Shown piece by piece: positions 47,671-57,270 of a DNA stretch of 64,000 nt. Made by a program: the position numbers and the translations under genes. The DNA comes from a virus (lineage: Duplodnaviria; Heunggongvirae; Uroviricota; Caudoviricetes). Below the pieces are notes generated by a model. It was not told the origin of the DNA and did no database searches. It saw only the letters and a list, made by a program, of their open reading frames with translations. The stretch lies in the IMG/VR virus record IMGVR_UViG_3300017650_000009; one strand, 5' to 3'. Each line of letters begins with the position of its first letter. The first letter of the stretch is position 1.

Positions 47671-48109
47671 TATCGGTTGATGCCTTTAACTTTTTACGGC
47701 GTGCCGTTTCGACTTTGGCGTTTGCAACCAAGTAAACGAGCCGTGATTTCAAATCATCGTACCAAGGGCCTTCTTTGCCCGGAATTGGTTTATTCGAGTA
47801 CAGGATGATGAACTGATCCACATGCAAGTCTGGAGACTCAGCAAGAAACACGATATATTCATCAACTCCTGTTTGTCGCAAACCGAAAGTCGCATACAAA
47901 CCACCGCCCAATGGTACTCCCATATTTGCAGCAGTTTCATCAATCTTGTCCACATGTTTTGTGAAACCAAAAAGACCAAACTTTGCAATTTCCGGTGCAT
48001 CGGGTGAAACCTCGCAAAGCTCCCCAATAAGCTCGTTGATTTCCGAGTTATGCTTGTGACGTTCAGCGGCTACTGAAAGCCGCTTAATTGCATCGGAGAA
48101 CCCAAACAT
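47621..48109 (-). CDS. hypothetical protein
   Basis: TAATG-coupled 162-aa ORF. Confidence 0.65.
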   Translation of the reverse strand: MFGFSDAIKRLSVAAERHKHNSEINELIGELCEVSPDAPEIAKFGLFGFTKHVDKIDETAANMGVPLGGGLYATFGLRQTGVDEYIVFLAESPDLHVDQFIILYSNKPIPGKEGPWYDDLKSRLVYLVANAKVETARRKKLKASTDNERFTQFLQANTSGSV

Positions 48110-48486
48110 TATCCGCCCACCCGAACCGAACCGCCGGCATCAATACTTCCGGAAACCGAACCACCTACTCTTGCGGATCCACCCGTATCAACGTCTCCGC
48201 CGACATTGCCGTCAATATTTGCAGAACCACCGGCATCCACATTGCCGCCAACGTTTCCGCTAACACTGATGGAGCCGCCAGCATCAGCTGACCCCTGAAT
48301 TTCAGTGCATGTGACTGAACCGCCAGCGTGAAGTTCCTTTAGGACACCTTCAGTAACTCGGATATCGATTTCTTTTTGATTTGCATCGACGGAACCAACC
48401 AGATCACCATCCACGTAGACATTACGTGCAGATACACGAACTGAATCACCGACGAATGCTTGGCCATTGATAATTAGTTTTGCCAT
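48109..48486 (-). CDS. Gly-rich beta-helix repeat protein
   Basis: 16-aa repeats G.V.G.vDaGGS..; AAGGA RBS. Confidence 0.7.
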   Translation of the reverse strand: MAKLIINGQAFVGDSVRVSARNVYVDGDLVGSVDANQKEIDIRVTEGVLKELHAGGSVTCTEIQGSADAGGSISVSGNVGGNVDAGGSANIDGNVGGDVDTGGSARVGGSVSGSIDAGGSVRVGG

Positions 48487-48529
48487 TTTGAACAATCCTT
48501 TCACGACACAAATTCCTTATACTTGGGCG

Positions 48530-48835
48530 TTACCGCAATTTCAAACGAAAAAGCGTCGCATATTTGGAATTCAAAATCAATCCATCCTTGCGAAGGACGT
48601 TGATGACCGAAGCCACACCAGTATAACCATGTTCTTCGAGCAGTTCACCGAACTCAGTGGTCCAACGGTAACGCATACGAGGATTGCCTCTCGCGGAACG
48701 CTGGATATTACTGTTTTGCTCTATGAGCCCACTATTGAGTAATGATTCGACGGCGTATCCATATGTGGGCACCGTCAATTTCATCAGCACAAAACCTTCA
48801 GCAAAATTCTCGAAAACAAAGTCCTTACTGGGCAA
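48530..48835 (-). CDS. winged-helix-like protein with FRL C-terminal motif
   Basis: LLNSGLIE...RGNP..RYRWT; ends NSKYATLFRLKLR; GGAG before TTG. Confidence 0.55.
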   Translation of the reverse strand: MPSKDFVFENFAEGFVLMKLTVPTYGYAVESLLNSGLIEQNSNIQRSARGNPRMRYRWTTEFGELLEEHGYTGVASVINVLRKDGLILNSKYATLFRLKLR

Positions 48836-49289
48836 ACAACTTCTCCAATTCCTTAATAGTCTTCGCTGCGCTGGTATGTAGGATACCAATTCCGCCAGCA
48901 TCAGTCCAACGCTTGATGTTCTTTTCCATATCATCGATAAGAACGTCGCCCGGTGCAAGCATGTGCTGGGGTTTATTCCGGCTCAAGCAAGTAATGACTT
49001 TTGTATCAGGAGTCAAGTTGTTAAGGCACCACAAACGCTTTCCATCCACAGCTAGTTCATGCCCGGTTGTTGGACATCCTGTGAGGATAGTTGGCTTATG
49101 TGGACGTATGAAATCCCAGAGTTGCTGAGCATCTGGCATTGGTGGCAACAGAGCCCAATGACCCTCTTTATCGCGGATCATCTTCCACATCACGCCCTCA
49201 GGGACGCTATTGTGGGCACGGCCGTGAATTTGAAGAAAGCCTCCTTCAAAGTCTACAAGTACGCCGTCGAGGTCACAAAAAATATGCAT
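48825..49289 (-). CDS. HAD-family 5'(3')-deoxyribonucleotidase-like protein
   Basis: IFCDLDGVLVDF, ILTG, LIDD...W..AGG.GILH. Confidence 0.85.
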   Translation of the reverse strand: MHIFCDLDGVLVDFEGGFLQIHGRAHNSVPEGVMWKMIRDKEGHWALLPPMPDAQQLWDFIRPHKPTILTGCPTTGHELAVDGKRLWCLNNLTPDTKVITCLSRNKPQHMLAPGDVLIDDMEKNIKRWTDAGGIGILHTSAAKTIKELEKLFAQ

Positions 49290-49342
49290 GGTTTTCCTTT
49301 CTTTAACCCAGTATATGAGGAAAGGAAAAACAAAGCAACCTA

Positions 49343-49933
49343 TTAACAATGCACGAGTTTAAACATCATTGCATCACGAGGGTTGCGAAAAACAAATACA
49401 AGTCCAGTTTTATCGTACATCGAAATATAGGTTGCTGATACTGGTAAACAGAATGCCCCGGAATATTGGTGTCGTTTTTCGGCCGACGATGATCCATTGA
49501 AAATCATATGACAGAAGTAACTTCCCGGCCTACAGTTGTTAGTCACCCATTCATACGATTGTAAACTTTTGAAATTGTCCCATCCTCGCTCGGATGAACT
49601 CACATATGGAATCTCAATTGGGGTTCCACTGAAAGCTAACCAAAATGGAAACGATGTGAATCGATTTACTGATTGTATAACGGACCAAGTAAGCCAGGGA
49701 ACGTTGAACACCATCAAAGTCATGTTTGGAGCATTAAAGGGATGAAAGCCCAACGAGACAAATAAACAGACCCATATTAGATTGAATGTGGCTGCAATAA
49801 TAAGACCTTTTCCGTTTAGATCAAAATGTGGCTTCTGCCATTCGGTCTTCCGGAACTGTCCAATATAACGAAGATGATCGAACGCATTCCTACATGCATC
49901 ACCGAAGAAATGATCTACTGTTTTGAACTTCAT
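49343..49933 (-). CDS. 2-TM membrane member of the FKL family
   Basis: hydrophobic segments; ends FVFRNPRDAMMFKLVHC. Confidence 0.75.
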   Translation of the reverse strand: MKFKTVDHFFGDACRNAFDHLRYIGQFRKTEWQKPHFDLNGKGLIIAATFNLIWVCLFVSLGFHPFNAPNMTLMVFNVPWLTWSVIQSVNRFTSFPFWLAFSGTPIEIPYVSSSERGWDNFKSLQSYEWVTNNCRPGSYFCHMIFNGSSSAEKRHQYSGAFCLPVSATYISMYDKTGLVFVFRNPRDAMMFKLVHC

Positions 49934-50226
49934 GAATGCACCAATTTAAATGCAATGGCCATCTTGTTATCGAAAAATTTCAGCATGTAGTGGCGTGGAA
50001 TTTGCATTGTTTCACCTGACCAAGCATCAGCAGCAGATTCAGCATGAGCAATAGTAACCACCCATCCAAATCCATTGATGTCGTCGGTTCGGTTATTCGT
50101 ATAATATTCGCGACACCAATCAATCATACCGTAATAGGTAGATTTGATTTCCTCAGGACTTGTACCCGAGGAAATCGCAATCTGCATATCAATTGGTTTA
50201 TTTTGTGACTGCAACTGCATTAACAA
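49930..50226 (-). CDS. FKL family protein
   Basis: IDWC...W...KFFDNKMAIAFKLVHS. Confidence 0.7.
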   Translation of the reverse strand: MLMQLQSQNKPIDMQIAISSGTSPEEIKSTYYGMIDWCREYYTNNRTDDINGFGWVVTIAHAESAADAWSGETMQIPRHYMLKFFDNKMAIAFKLVHS

Positions 50227-51031
50227 CCTTACAATTTCCTACACGTGGGCTTGCACCAACGCCATAATACTTAACTGTCTGACCCGGATTAATAACAGTC
50301 TCATTGCGCATGTCTACCTGCTGAACCGGCATAGTAACAACTGCACGAGTAACTTGATTGTCCATTGCACATGCAATCTGCACGTTCTTTACTGGAACCG
50401 TACCGTTGTTTGTGTACTCGAAGAAATTCTTGAAATTCTTGTACGAGCTTGCAACCGAAATATCATACGCCACACGCTGCGAAAAATCTGCATAATCTAC
50501 CGAGCAAGCAATCGTCTGTGGATTTACGAAGAACTCACGCATTGTGGTGTTCGACATTGCCGAAAACTCTTTCGATTCGCCCTTCTGCATGAGAACGCCG
50601 CCGATACCCGTCTTAAACGTGCGATCGATAATCTTGCCATCATCATATGCAGCGCGGCAAACGATACGGACCTCCTTGAGAAAATCATCGCTCATGTTCG
50701 TTACGCGAACCATACCAGTCTTAATTCCGTTAGTGCGGAGCATCTGAACCTGCACTTGGCTTTCAACACCAACCTCTTGGCGAACCGGCGAGGAGTTTAC
50801 CGAATACTTGAAGCTTTCACCGCCAATGTATGATGCAAATGCAAGACCAACCCAGATAATGAGAGCCCAGTTACGGAGACCAAAATGTATTGCAAAACGC
50901 AAAAGCAAGAATGATACAACAAACAAAATTGTGTACCATCCCAGCAAATTAAACGTGAACATGTTGGCAAAGCCATTATTACCAATTGCTGTACCGATAA
51001 AAATAACCAGTGCAATAACAACTTGTAGCAT
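50198..51031 (-). CDS. membrane protein with two Cys-paired beta domains
   Basis: three N-terminal TM segments; internal repeat TN.....K.V.I.C; CAGGAG RBS. Confidence 0.7.
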   Translation of the reverse strand: MLQVVIALVIFIGTAIGNNGFANMFTFNLLGWYTILFVVSFLLLRFAIHFGLRNWALIIWVGLAFASYIGGESFKYSVNSSPVRQEVGVESQVQVQMLRTNGIKTGMVRVTNMSDDFLKEVRIVCRAAYDDGKIIDRTFKTGIGGVLMQKGESKEFSAMSNTTMREFFVNPQTIACSVDYADFSQRVAYDISVASSYKNFKNFFEYTNNGTVPVKNVQIACAMDNQVTRAVVTMPVQQVDMRNETVINPGQTVKYYGVGASPRVGNCKVVNAVAVTK

Positions 51032-51083
51032 GTTCGATCTCCTGTTCCGTTATGTTCTTAATGTAACAGGATTCAGGAATTTG

Positions 51084-51407
51084 TCAACCGAAATGAAGCT
51101 TGAAAATCATGGCATCTCGTTCTCTTTTAAAGAAAAAGAACGGCCCGAAACGATAATAACTTGTGTAACCCATGCCCGCTGAGTGTGTTGTTTTGGACAT
51201 GAACGCACTATAGTATTTGTATTCAAATTCGGGATCATCCTTTGCTTGTTCTATACACCAAGCTACATGATCAAGATTGATATCTCCCGACAAAACACGT
51301 TTTGTTGCCTTATTAGGAATACATTCGTACCAGCCCAGAAGATGCTCAGGACGTACCTTAACATCGTCTACTTCTAAAATTTTTGATCTCCCTAGTAAGC
51401 CTTTCAT
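51084..51407 (-). CDS. FKL family protein
   Basis: VAWCIE...FFFKRERDAMIFKLHFG. Confidence 0.75.
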   Translation of the reverse strand: MKGLLGRSKILEVDDVKVRPEHLLGWYECIPNKATKRVLSGDINLDHVAWCIEQAKDDPEFEYKYYSAFMSKTTHSAGMGYTSYYRFGPFFFFKRERDAMIFKLHFG

Positions 51408-51493
51408 ATTTCATCCGATCGTTGATGCCGATGCACTAGGATAGCTTATATACTAGGATAAGTAAATATGGTAAAAGCCATTGGAGATTAAAA

Positions 51494-51889
51494 ATGTTCA
51501 CATCACTTTTTAGTAAGATTGCCGCTGTAGTCATTGTATTGCTCGCGCTCGCGTGTGGATACTTTTACTTGGATGGCAAAGCTGCATGGTCCGAGGCTAA
51601 GTCCGCACAGGTTGAACTTGCGGCGGCGGAAGCGCGTGAAGAATTGCAGAAACAAACAATCGAAAAATTGCGTAAGGATGCCGAAATTCAGGAGAAATTA
51701 CTCGATGAATATAAGCGCAATGTTGAAGAAATTCGAGATTCTGCAAACAAAGATCTCAAAGAGATTGAAGATACTGACTTCGGAAAAGAAGCAAACACAA
51801 ATGCAGCAGAACTTGAGCGAATCATTAACGAACGCACCAAACGTTTACTTGATAATATTACTCGTATAAGCCAAGAGGGAAAGAAATGA
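51494..51889 (+). CDS. i-spanin (Rz-like)
   Basis: N-terminal TM plus coiled coil; TAAATA at 51463. Confidence 0.7.
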   Translation: MFTSLFSKIAAVVIVLLALACGYFYLDGKAAWSEAKSAQVELAAAEAREELQKQTIEKLRKDAEIQEKLLDEYKRNVEEIRDSANKDLKEIEDTDFGKEANTNAAELERIINERTKRLLDNITRISQEGKK

Positions 51890-52248
51890 AACTAGCAATC
51901 GCGCTATTGGGAATGCTTGCTATTGCTGGCTGTTCACCTACTACAAAAACCGTTTACTTGTATGAACCAAGACCTAAAGTTGTCGAACCACAAACTCAGC
52001 CGGTTCGTATGAAGCCTGTTGATTGGAAAGTCATTACAAAACCTGAACTAGAAAAGATCCTTGCAGAGTTGGAGAAGAATCCAGATCCAAACTTTGCATT
52101 GTTTGCTTTAACACCAAAGGGCTTTGAAAACCTCAGCACTAATCTTGTTGAGATTAATCGATTCATGCAGGAACAGCAACAGGTTGTCCTTTATTATCGC
52201 GGCTACACTCGTGAGACCGCCGGAAATCCTCCAGCAAAGGCAAAGTAA
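51886..52248 (+). CDS. o-spanin lipoprotein (Rz1-like)
   Basis: signal peptide with lipobox IAGC; Pro-rich; overlaps the i-spanin. Confidence 0.7.
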   Translation: MKLAIALLGMLAIAGCSPTTKTVYLYEPRPKVVEPQTQPVRMKPVDWKVITKPELEKILAELEKNPDPNFALFALTPKGFENLSTNLVEINRFMQEQQQVVLYYRGYTRETAGNPPAKAK

Positions 52249-53072
52249 TGAGCCATTATTTGACCCTTGGAGTGGCTGAAACTGCCACTCCAGAAGAAAT
52301 CAAAAAAGCTTTTCGTGAACTCGCCAAAAAGTATCATCCCGATGCTAATAAAGGCGATCCACAATCCGAAGCAAAGTTCAAACGTATTAATGAAGCTTAT
52401 GAGATTCTAAAGGATCCAGCAAAGCGTCAGCAATATGATATGCAACGCCAGGGTAATACTTTTCATTTCCGATCTGGTGGATTCGATCCGAATCAAGGTT
52501 TTGATCCCTTTGATATTTTCGGTTTCAACCAAGGTGGATTCAGACAGAATCAAGTTCGTAACCGTGACACTGTTGTCACATACGTCATCACACTTGAAGA
52601 AGCATTTGAGGGAAAAACTGTTGACATTAAGTTCAACACTGGTTCTGGTACAACACGCACAATTAACCTAGCCATTCCTCGTAGTATTCATAATGGAACA
52701 CGTATTCGTTATGCGGGCATGGGAGAGGATACCGTAAAGGGTGTTCCACCGGGTGATCTTTATGTTAAGATTCTAATTGAACCACACACTCAGTTCATTC
52801 GTGCACAGTTTGAAATCGTCACTACAATATATGTGGATTTCATCGATGCTATGATCGGAGTTAACAAACAAGTACCGACTATTGATGGAAAACTTATTAA
52901 TCTCAGAGTTCACGCAGGTATGAATCCCGGACAACATATTCAGGTCCCTGACCAGGGTATGTGGCGCCCAGATGGAAAACGCGGTAATATGATTGTAGAA
53001 GTGGTCATGGAACAACCCGTATTGAATAATTCACAGATAGAGCAATTATCTCGAATTAAGGACTTGAAATAA
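52248..53072 (+). CDS. dnaJ: DnaJ/CbpA-type J-domain chaperone (no Zn finger)
   Basis: HPD motif, EAYEIL.D..KR..YD, G/F region, GDLYV, PTIDG. Confidence 0.9.
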   Translation: MSHYLTLGVAETATPEEIKKAFRELAKKYHPDANKGDPQSEAKFKRINEAYEILKDPAKRQQYDMQRQGNTFHFRSGGFDPNQGFDPFDIFGFNQGGFRQNQVRNRDTVVTYVITLEEAFEGKTVDIKFNTGSGTTRTINLAIPRSIHNGTRIRYAGMGEDTVKGVPPGDLYVKILIEPHTQFIRAQFEIVTTIYVDFIDAMIGVNKQVPTIDGKLINLRVHAGMNPGQHIQVPDQGMWRPDGKRGNMIVEVVMEQPVLNNSQIEQLSRIKDLK

Positions 53073-53120
53073 ATCCAAAAGCCATTATGTTAGCCAGTAA
53101 CAACAGAAAGGACTAACATA

Positions 53121-53621
53121 ATGGATTTGGAATTAGTAGGTGAAAAGGACGATGTCCTACGCCAACAAGGTGCAATCTGCAGCTTCTCTAATCCCGAATA
53201 CAATCAGCAACTTTCCGAAGCAATGGTCAGTCATATGCTCAAGCATAATGGCGTGGGTCTTGCTGCCAACCAAGTGGGTATCCCAGCACGTATGTTTGTG
53301 ATGGGCGAAACCGCTTCCAACTATCGCGCCTGCTTCAATCCTGAGATTGTTGAATACTTGGGCGTCAAGCAAAAAAATGTTGAAGGATGTTTAAGTTTTC
53401 CACATCTTGCGCTTGACATTGAACGCAATTCAATTATATTGGTGCGGTATAACGATGCACTAGGCAACATCATCGAAGATGAGTTGACTGGTTTATGGGC
53501 TAGATGCTTTCAACATGAATTCGATCATATTGAGGGAATCTGTTTTGATCAACGTGTTAGTAAGTTGGCTTTGAACATAGCGCTTCGTAAGCGAGCTAAG
53601 ACACTGAAAAGGATTAAGTAA
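53121..53621 (+). CDS. def: peptide deformylase
   Basis: GVGLAANQVG, EGCLS, QHEFDH. Confidence 0.92.
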   Translation: MDLELVGEKDDVLRQQGAICSFSNPEYNQQLSEAMVSHMLKHNGVGLAANQVGIPARMFVMGETASNYRACFNPEIVEYLGVKQKNVEGCLSFPHLALDIERNSIILVRYNDALGNIIEDELTGLWARCFQHEFDHIEGICFDQRVSKLALNIALRKRAKTLKRIK

Positions 53622-55954
53622 TGTCGGATAACGGAAATAACTTTGATGTAAAGCTGGTCGAAAAGGCCCTTGCAGACGCAACTCAGCTTGCAGCATCTCG
53701 CAACAATGAATATGTTACGGTCGACCATCTGGCGCTGGTTGTGCTTGAGGCTGAACCGGTTCGCGAAGCGATGAAACACCTGGGCGTTGACCTGAACGAA
53801 TTCGCTCGTGAATATGCGCCACAGTTCGAAAAGAACATGCCAGTACGTTCTCATTCTGCCGGTGAACCGCGCGGTACGAGTTCGCTGAACAAGACGATTC
53901 AGCAATGCATGAGCAACATCGCATTCTCCGGTCGTCGTATTGTTACGCTGCTGGACGTTCTGGTCGCAATTATGCAGACCGAAAACTGCTACCCAGCTTA
54001 TTACTTGAACCGCCATGGCCTGGCTGTTGAGAAGCTGAAGGAATACATCAAGGACAACAACGACGAAGCACTCGAAGGTGCAACTGGCGACGACGATGCG
54101 GGCGAAAGCGGCGGTAACCGCAAGAACATGACCATCGAAACGGCCAAGAAGATCCTGGCTAAGTTCTGCGTTAATCTGAACGAAGAAGCTTACAACGGCA
54201 AAATCGATCCACTTATCGGCCGCGAAACCGATGTTTATGATATCGTCAAGACCACTGCTCGTCGCACGAAAAACAACGTGGTGCTCATCGGTGAGCCAGG
54301 CGTTGGTAAGACGGCAATTGTCGAAGGACTTGCACGTCTCATCGTCGAAAACAAGGTGCCGGAAGTTCTGCAGGGTTCGACGATTTATTCGCTGGATGTT
54401 CCTGGTCTGGTTGCCGGCGCAAAGTTCCGCGGCGATATGGAAGAGCGCTTGAAGCAGGTTCTCACCGCGCTGGAAAAGGTCGAAAAGCCGATCCTATTCA
54501 TCGATGAAATTCACATGATCATGGGCGCCGGTGCTGCTGGTAAGTCCGAAAGCATGGACGTCGCAAATATGATGAAGCCGGCGCTGGCTCGCGGAACGCT
54601 GCGTTGCATCGGTTCAACCACGCTTGAGGAATACCGCAAGCATTTCGAGAAGGACAAGGCACTCGTTCGTCGCTTCCAGAAGCAGACCGTGGATGAGCCA
54701 TCGGTTGAGGACGCAAAGCGCATTATCGCAGGTGCGAAGTCGGTTTACGAAACGTTCCACGGTATCACATATACGGATGAGGCAATCGACCTCGCTGTTG
54801 AGCTGACTGCGCGTTATGTTACTGACCGTTTCCTTCCGGATAAAGCTTTCGACGTTATCGACGCTGCTGGTGCAACCCAGCGTGTTTCGGAACCGGACAC
54901 TCGTCAGGTCGTTATTACTGGCGAACTAATTGAACTGGAAGTCGCAAAGATCGCTAAGATCCCTGCGCGCACGGTTCAGGAAAGCGAAGCTGAAAAGCTT
55001 CAGCACCTTGAGGGCGACCTTCGCAAGGCAGTGTATGGACAAGAGGAAGCGATTGTTACGGTTTCCGACGCCGTGATTATGTCGCGCGCTGGTCTTCGCG
55101 AGCCAAACAAGCCAAGCGGGTCGTTCCTCTTCAAGGGTCCAACTGGTGTTGGTAAGACGGAAGTTGCCAAGCGTTTGGCTGAAACACTGGGCGTTCCACT
55201 GGTTCGCTATGACATGTCCGAGTACATGGAAAAGCATTCGGTTGCCAAGCTTATCGGTTCGCCTCCCGGTTACGTTGGCTATGGCGATGGTGCTGCCGGT
55301 AACGGTAAGCTGATCACCGACATTGAAAGCAATCCGCATTGTGTATTGTTGCTGGACGAACTCGAAAAGGCACATGCCGACGTGTTCAACATCCTGCTCC
55401 AGGTTCTCGATGACGGTCGTCTTACAAGCTCCGGCGGAAAGACGGTTCAGTTCGGTAACGTGATCATCATTATGACCTCGAACGTCGGTGCACGTTTTGC
55501 CAACAAGGCCTCCATCGGCTTCGGCAACACCGCCCGGAACGACGAATCCGACAAGATTCTGAAGGATACGTTTGCTCCTGAGTTCATTAACCGCTTGGAT
55601 GCAATCGTTAGCTTTAGCGCGCTGCGTCGTGAAGACGTCCTGAAGGTCGTTGATAAGTTTGTTGGTCAGCTTGCTAAGTTGGCTGCGGACAAGAACGTTA
55701 CGATCACCTACGACGCTGAAGCGAAGAACTGGCTGTGCGAGAACGGCTATGATGAAAAGATGGGCGCTCGTCCACTGGGTCGTGTGATTCAGAACAACAT
55801 CACTAAGCCGCTGTCCAAGGCCATGCTGTTTGGTGATCTGAAGGAAGGCGGAAACGTTGCTGTTAGCGTTGAAGATGGTCAGTTGAAGCTGACCTTCAGC
55901 AAGCCGGTTGCAGTGGTTGCTCCTGAGGTAGTCGAAGAGGCTGTGGAGGCCTAA
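53621..55954 (+). CDS. clpA: ATP-dependent Clp protease ATPase subunit ClpA
   Basis: Clp-N domain, [32 protein letters not shown] loop, GARP. Confidence 0.92.
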   Translation: MSDNGNNFDVKLVEKALADATQLAASRNNEYVTVDHLALVVLEAEPVREAMKHLGVDLNEFAREYAPQFEKNMPVRSHSAGEPRGTSSLNKTIQQCMSNIAFSGRRIVTLLDVLVAIMQTENCYPAYYLNRHGLAVEKLKEYIKDNNDEALEGATGDDDAGESGGNRKNMTIETAKKILAKFCVNLNEEAYNGKIDPLIGRETDVYDIVKTTARRTKNNVVLIGEPGVGKTAIVEGLARLIVENKVPEVLQGSTIYSLDVPGLVAGAKFRGDMEERLKQVLTALEKVEKPILFIDEIHMIMGAGAAGKSESMDVANMMKPALARGTLRCIGSTTLEEYRKHFEKDKALVRRFQKQTVDEPSVEDAKRIIAGAKSVYETFHGITYTDEAIDLAVELTARYVTDRFLPDKAFDVIDAAGATQRVSEPDTRQVVITGELIELEVAKIAKIPARTVQESEAEKLQHLEGDLRKAVYGQEEAIVTVSDAVIMSRAGLREPNKPSGSFLFKGPTGVGKTEVAKRLAETLGVPLVRYDMSEYMEKHSVAKLIGSPPGYVGYGDGAAGNGKLITDIESNPHCVLLLDELEKAHADVFNILLQVLDDGRLTSSGGKTVQFGNVIIIMTSNVGARFANKASIGFGNTARNDESDKILKDTFAPEFINRLDAIVSFSALRREDVLKVVDKFVGQLAKLAADKNVTITYDAEAKNWLCENGYDEKMGARPLGRVIQNNITKPLSKAMLFGDLKEGGNVAVSVEDGQLKLTFSKPVAVVAPEVVEEAVEA

Positions 55955-55978
55955 AAGGCCCCGCACATAATACTTGAT

Positions 55979-56016
55979 AATCCGCTCCTGACCTAGTAAG
56001 TTAGGAGCGGATTTTT
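55979..56016 (+). terminator. intrinsic terminator with an overlapping promoter
   Basis: AATCCGCTCCTGAC/GTTAGGAGCGGATT plus T run; TTGATA-17-TAAGTT overlaps it. Confidence 0.75.
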
Positions 56017-56053
56017 GCAAGGCTCAAGATCGACTAACCCAAGGAGCCCTGCA

Positions 56054-56404
56054 ATGGACAAAACACTAACCTCTCGTTTACTCGAGAAAAAGCTGATCAA
56101 CACAAACACCGAAGTTACTGCTCGTTATAGGGGCGTAAGTGTAAGCGGTGACCCATCGGTAAGGAGTCAAGAAGTTTTCACAGTTGAAACAGTGTTGGGT
56201 GAACAATCCGATGACATTTGTTTTGCTGTTGTTAGTACCCGTGATGGTTCACGCCGAACAATCACACACAAGCAGATAATTGAAATCGACGGCATGCATC
56301 CCTCCCGTTTTGCCGCTGTTTACAATATTAAGGCTGATGGAGCCGCTGCAAATGTTGGAAAACGCCGTGGTCGTAAGCCAAAAGACAGATCTGCCCAGGC
56401 ATAA
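56054..56404 (+). CDS. hypothetical protein with basic C-terminus
   Basis: AAGGAG RBS; IDGM.P.RF; GKRRGRKPK tail. Confidence 0.7.
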   Translation: MDKTLTSRLLEKKLINTNTEVTARYRGVSVSGDPSVRSQEVFTVETVLGEQSDDICFAVVSTRDGSRRTITHKQIIEIDGMHPSRFAAVYNIKADGAAANVGKRRGRKPKDRSAQA

Positions 56405-56436
56405 ATGAATACGTAAGTATTTGTTGAGGTAATATA

Positions 56437-57270
56437 ATGAAGCAATATTTAGATCTTTTACAGCATGTAATGGATAATGGTACGGATCGTGGAGATCGTA
56501 CAGGCACCGGAACACGCGGTGTATTTGGGTATCAAATGCGATTTAATCTCGCTGAAGGATTCCCGGTGATGACCACCAAGAAACTGCATTTGCGCTCGAT
56601 CATTCATGAGCTATTGTGGTTCCTCAAGGGTGATACAAACATCAAATACTTGAAGGAAAATGGCGTCTCGATTTGGGATGAATGGGCAGACGAACATGGG
56701 GACTTAGGACCCGTGTATGGTGCTCAGTGGCGATCATGGCCAAACTGGCGAGAAGTCAGTGATTTCTATGCGGAGAATACTGAATTCATTAATGAGCCAA
56801 TTGACCAGATCAAGAATCTCATTACTAGCCTCCGTGAGAACCCTAATAGCCGACGTCACATTGTTAGTGCTTGGAACCCAGCACTAGTGGATGAAATGGC
56901 ACTTCCTCCGTGTCATTGTTTGTTCCAGTTTTATGTCGCCGATGGCAAGCTGAGCTGCCAGTTGTATCAGCGTTCAGCTGATATTTTCCTGGGCGTTCCG
57001 TTTAATATCGCAAGTTACTCGTTACTCGTACTCATGCTTGCACAGGTGCTGGGCTTGGAGCCAGGTGAGTTCGTCCATACGTTGGGTGATGCTCACATTT
57101 ACTCGAATCACTTTGATCAGGTTCGTGAACAGTTATCGCGTACCCCACATGCATTACCAACGATGTGGATTAATCCAGAGGTGAAGGATCTCTTCGAGTT
57201 TAAATTTGAGGATTTCGAACTACGCAATTACACTTGTGAACCCACAATTAAGGCACCGATTGCAGTATGA
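56437..57270 (+). CDS. thyA: thymidylate synthase
   Basis: [46 protein letters not shown]. Confidence 0.96.
   Translation: MKQYLDLLQHVMDNGTDRGDRTGTGTRGVFGYQMRFNLAEGFPVMTTKKLHLRSIIHELLWFLKGDTNIKYLKENGVSIWDEWADEHGDLGPVYGAQWRSWPNWREVSDFYAENTEFINEPIDQIKNLITSLRENPNSRRHIVSAWNPALVDEMALPPCHCLFQFYVADGKLSCQLYQRSADIFLGVPFNIASYSLLVLMLAQVLGLEPGEFVHTLGDAHIYSNHFDQVREQLSRTPHALPTMWINPEVKDLFEFKFEDFELRNYTCEPTIKAPIAV

Noticed and set aside
50144-50833. 229-aa + strand ORF and other antisense ORFs in 43-51 kb
   Set aside because: They lie opposite coupled minus-strand genes that have RBS and family motifs.
418-51407. Diversity-generating retroelement as the source of the paralog family
   Set aside because: No reverse transcriptase and no adenine-specific TR/VR pair was seen; members are highly diverged at DNA level.
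54926-56020. 364-aa antisense ORF
   Set aside because: Shadow of clpA codon bias; no RBS or motif.
56735-56800. Extra residues in ThyA as an intein or intron
   Set aside because: Short in-frame insertion in a variable loop, with no splicing motifs.
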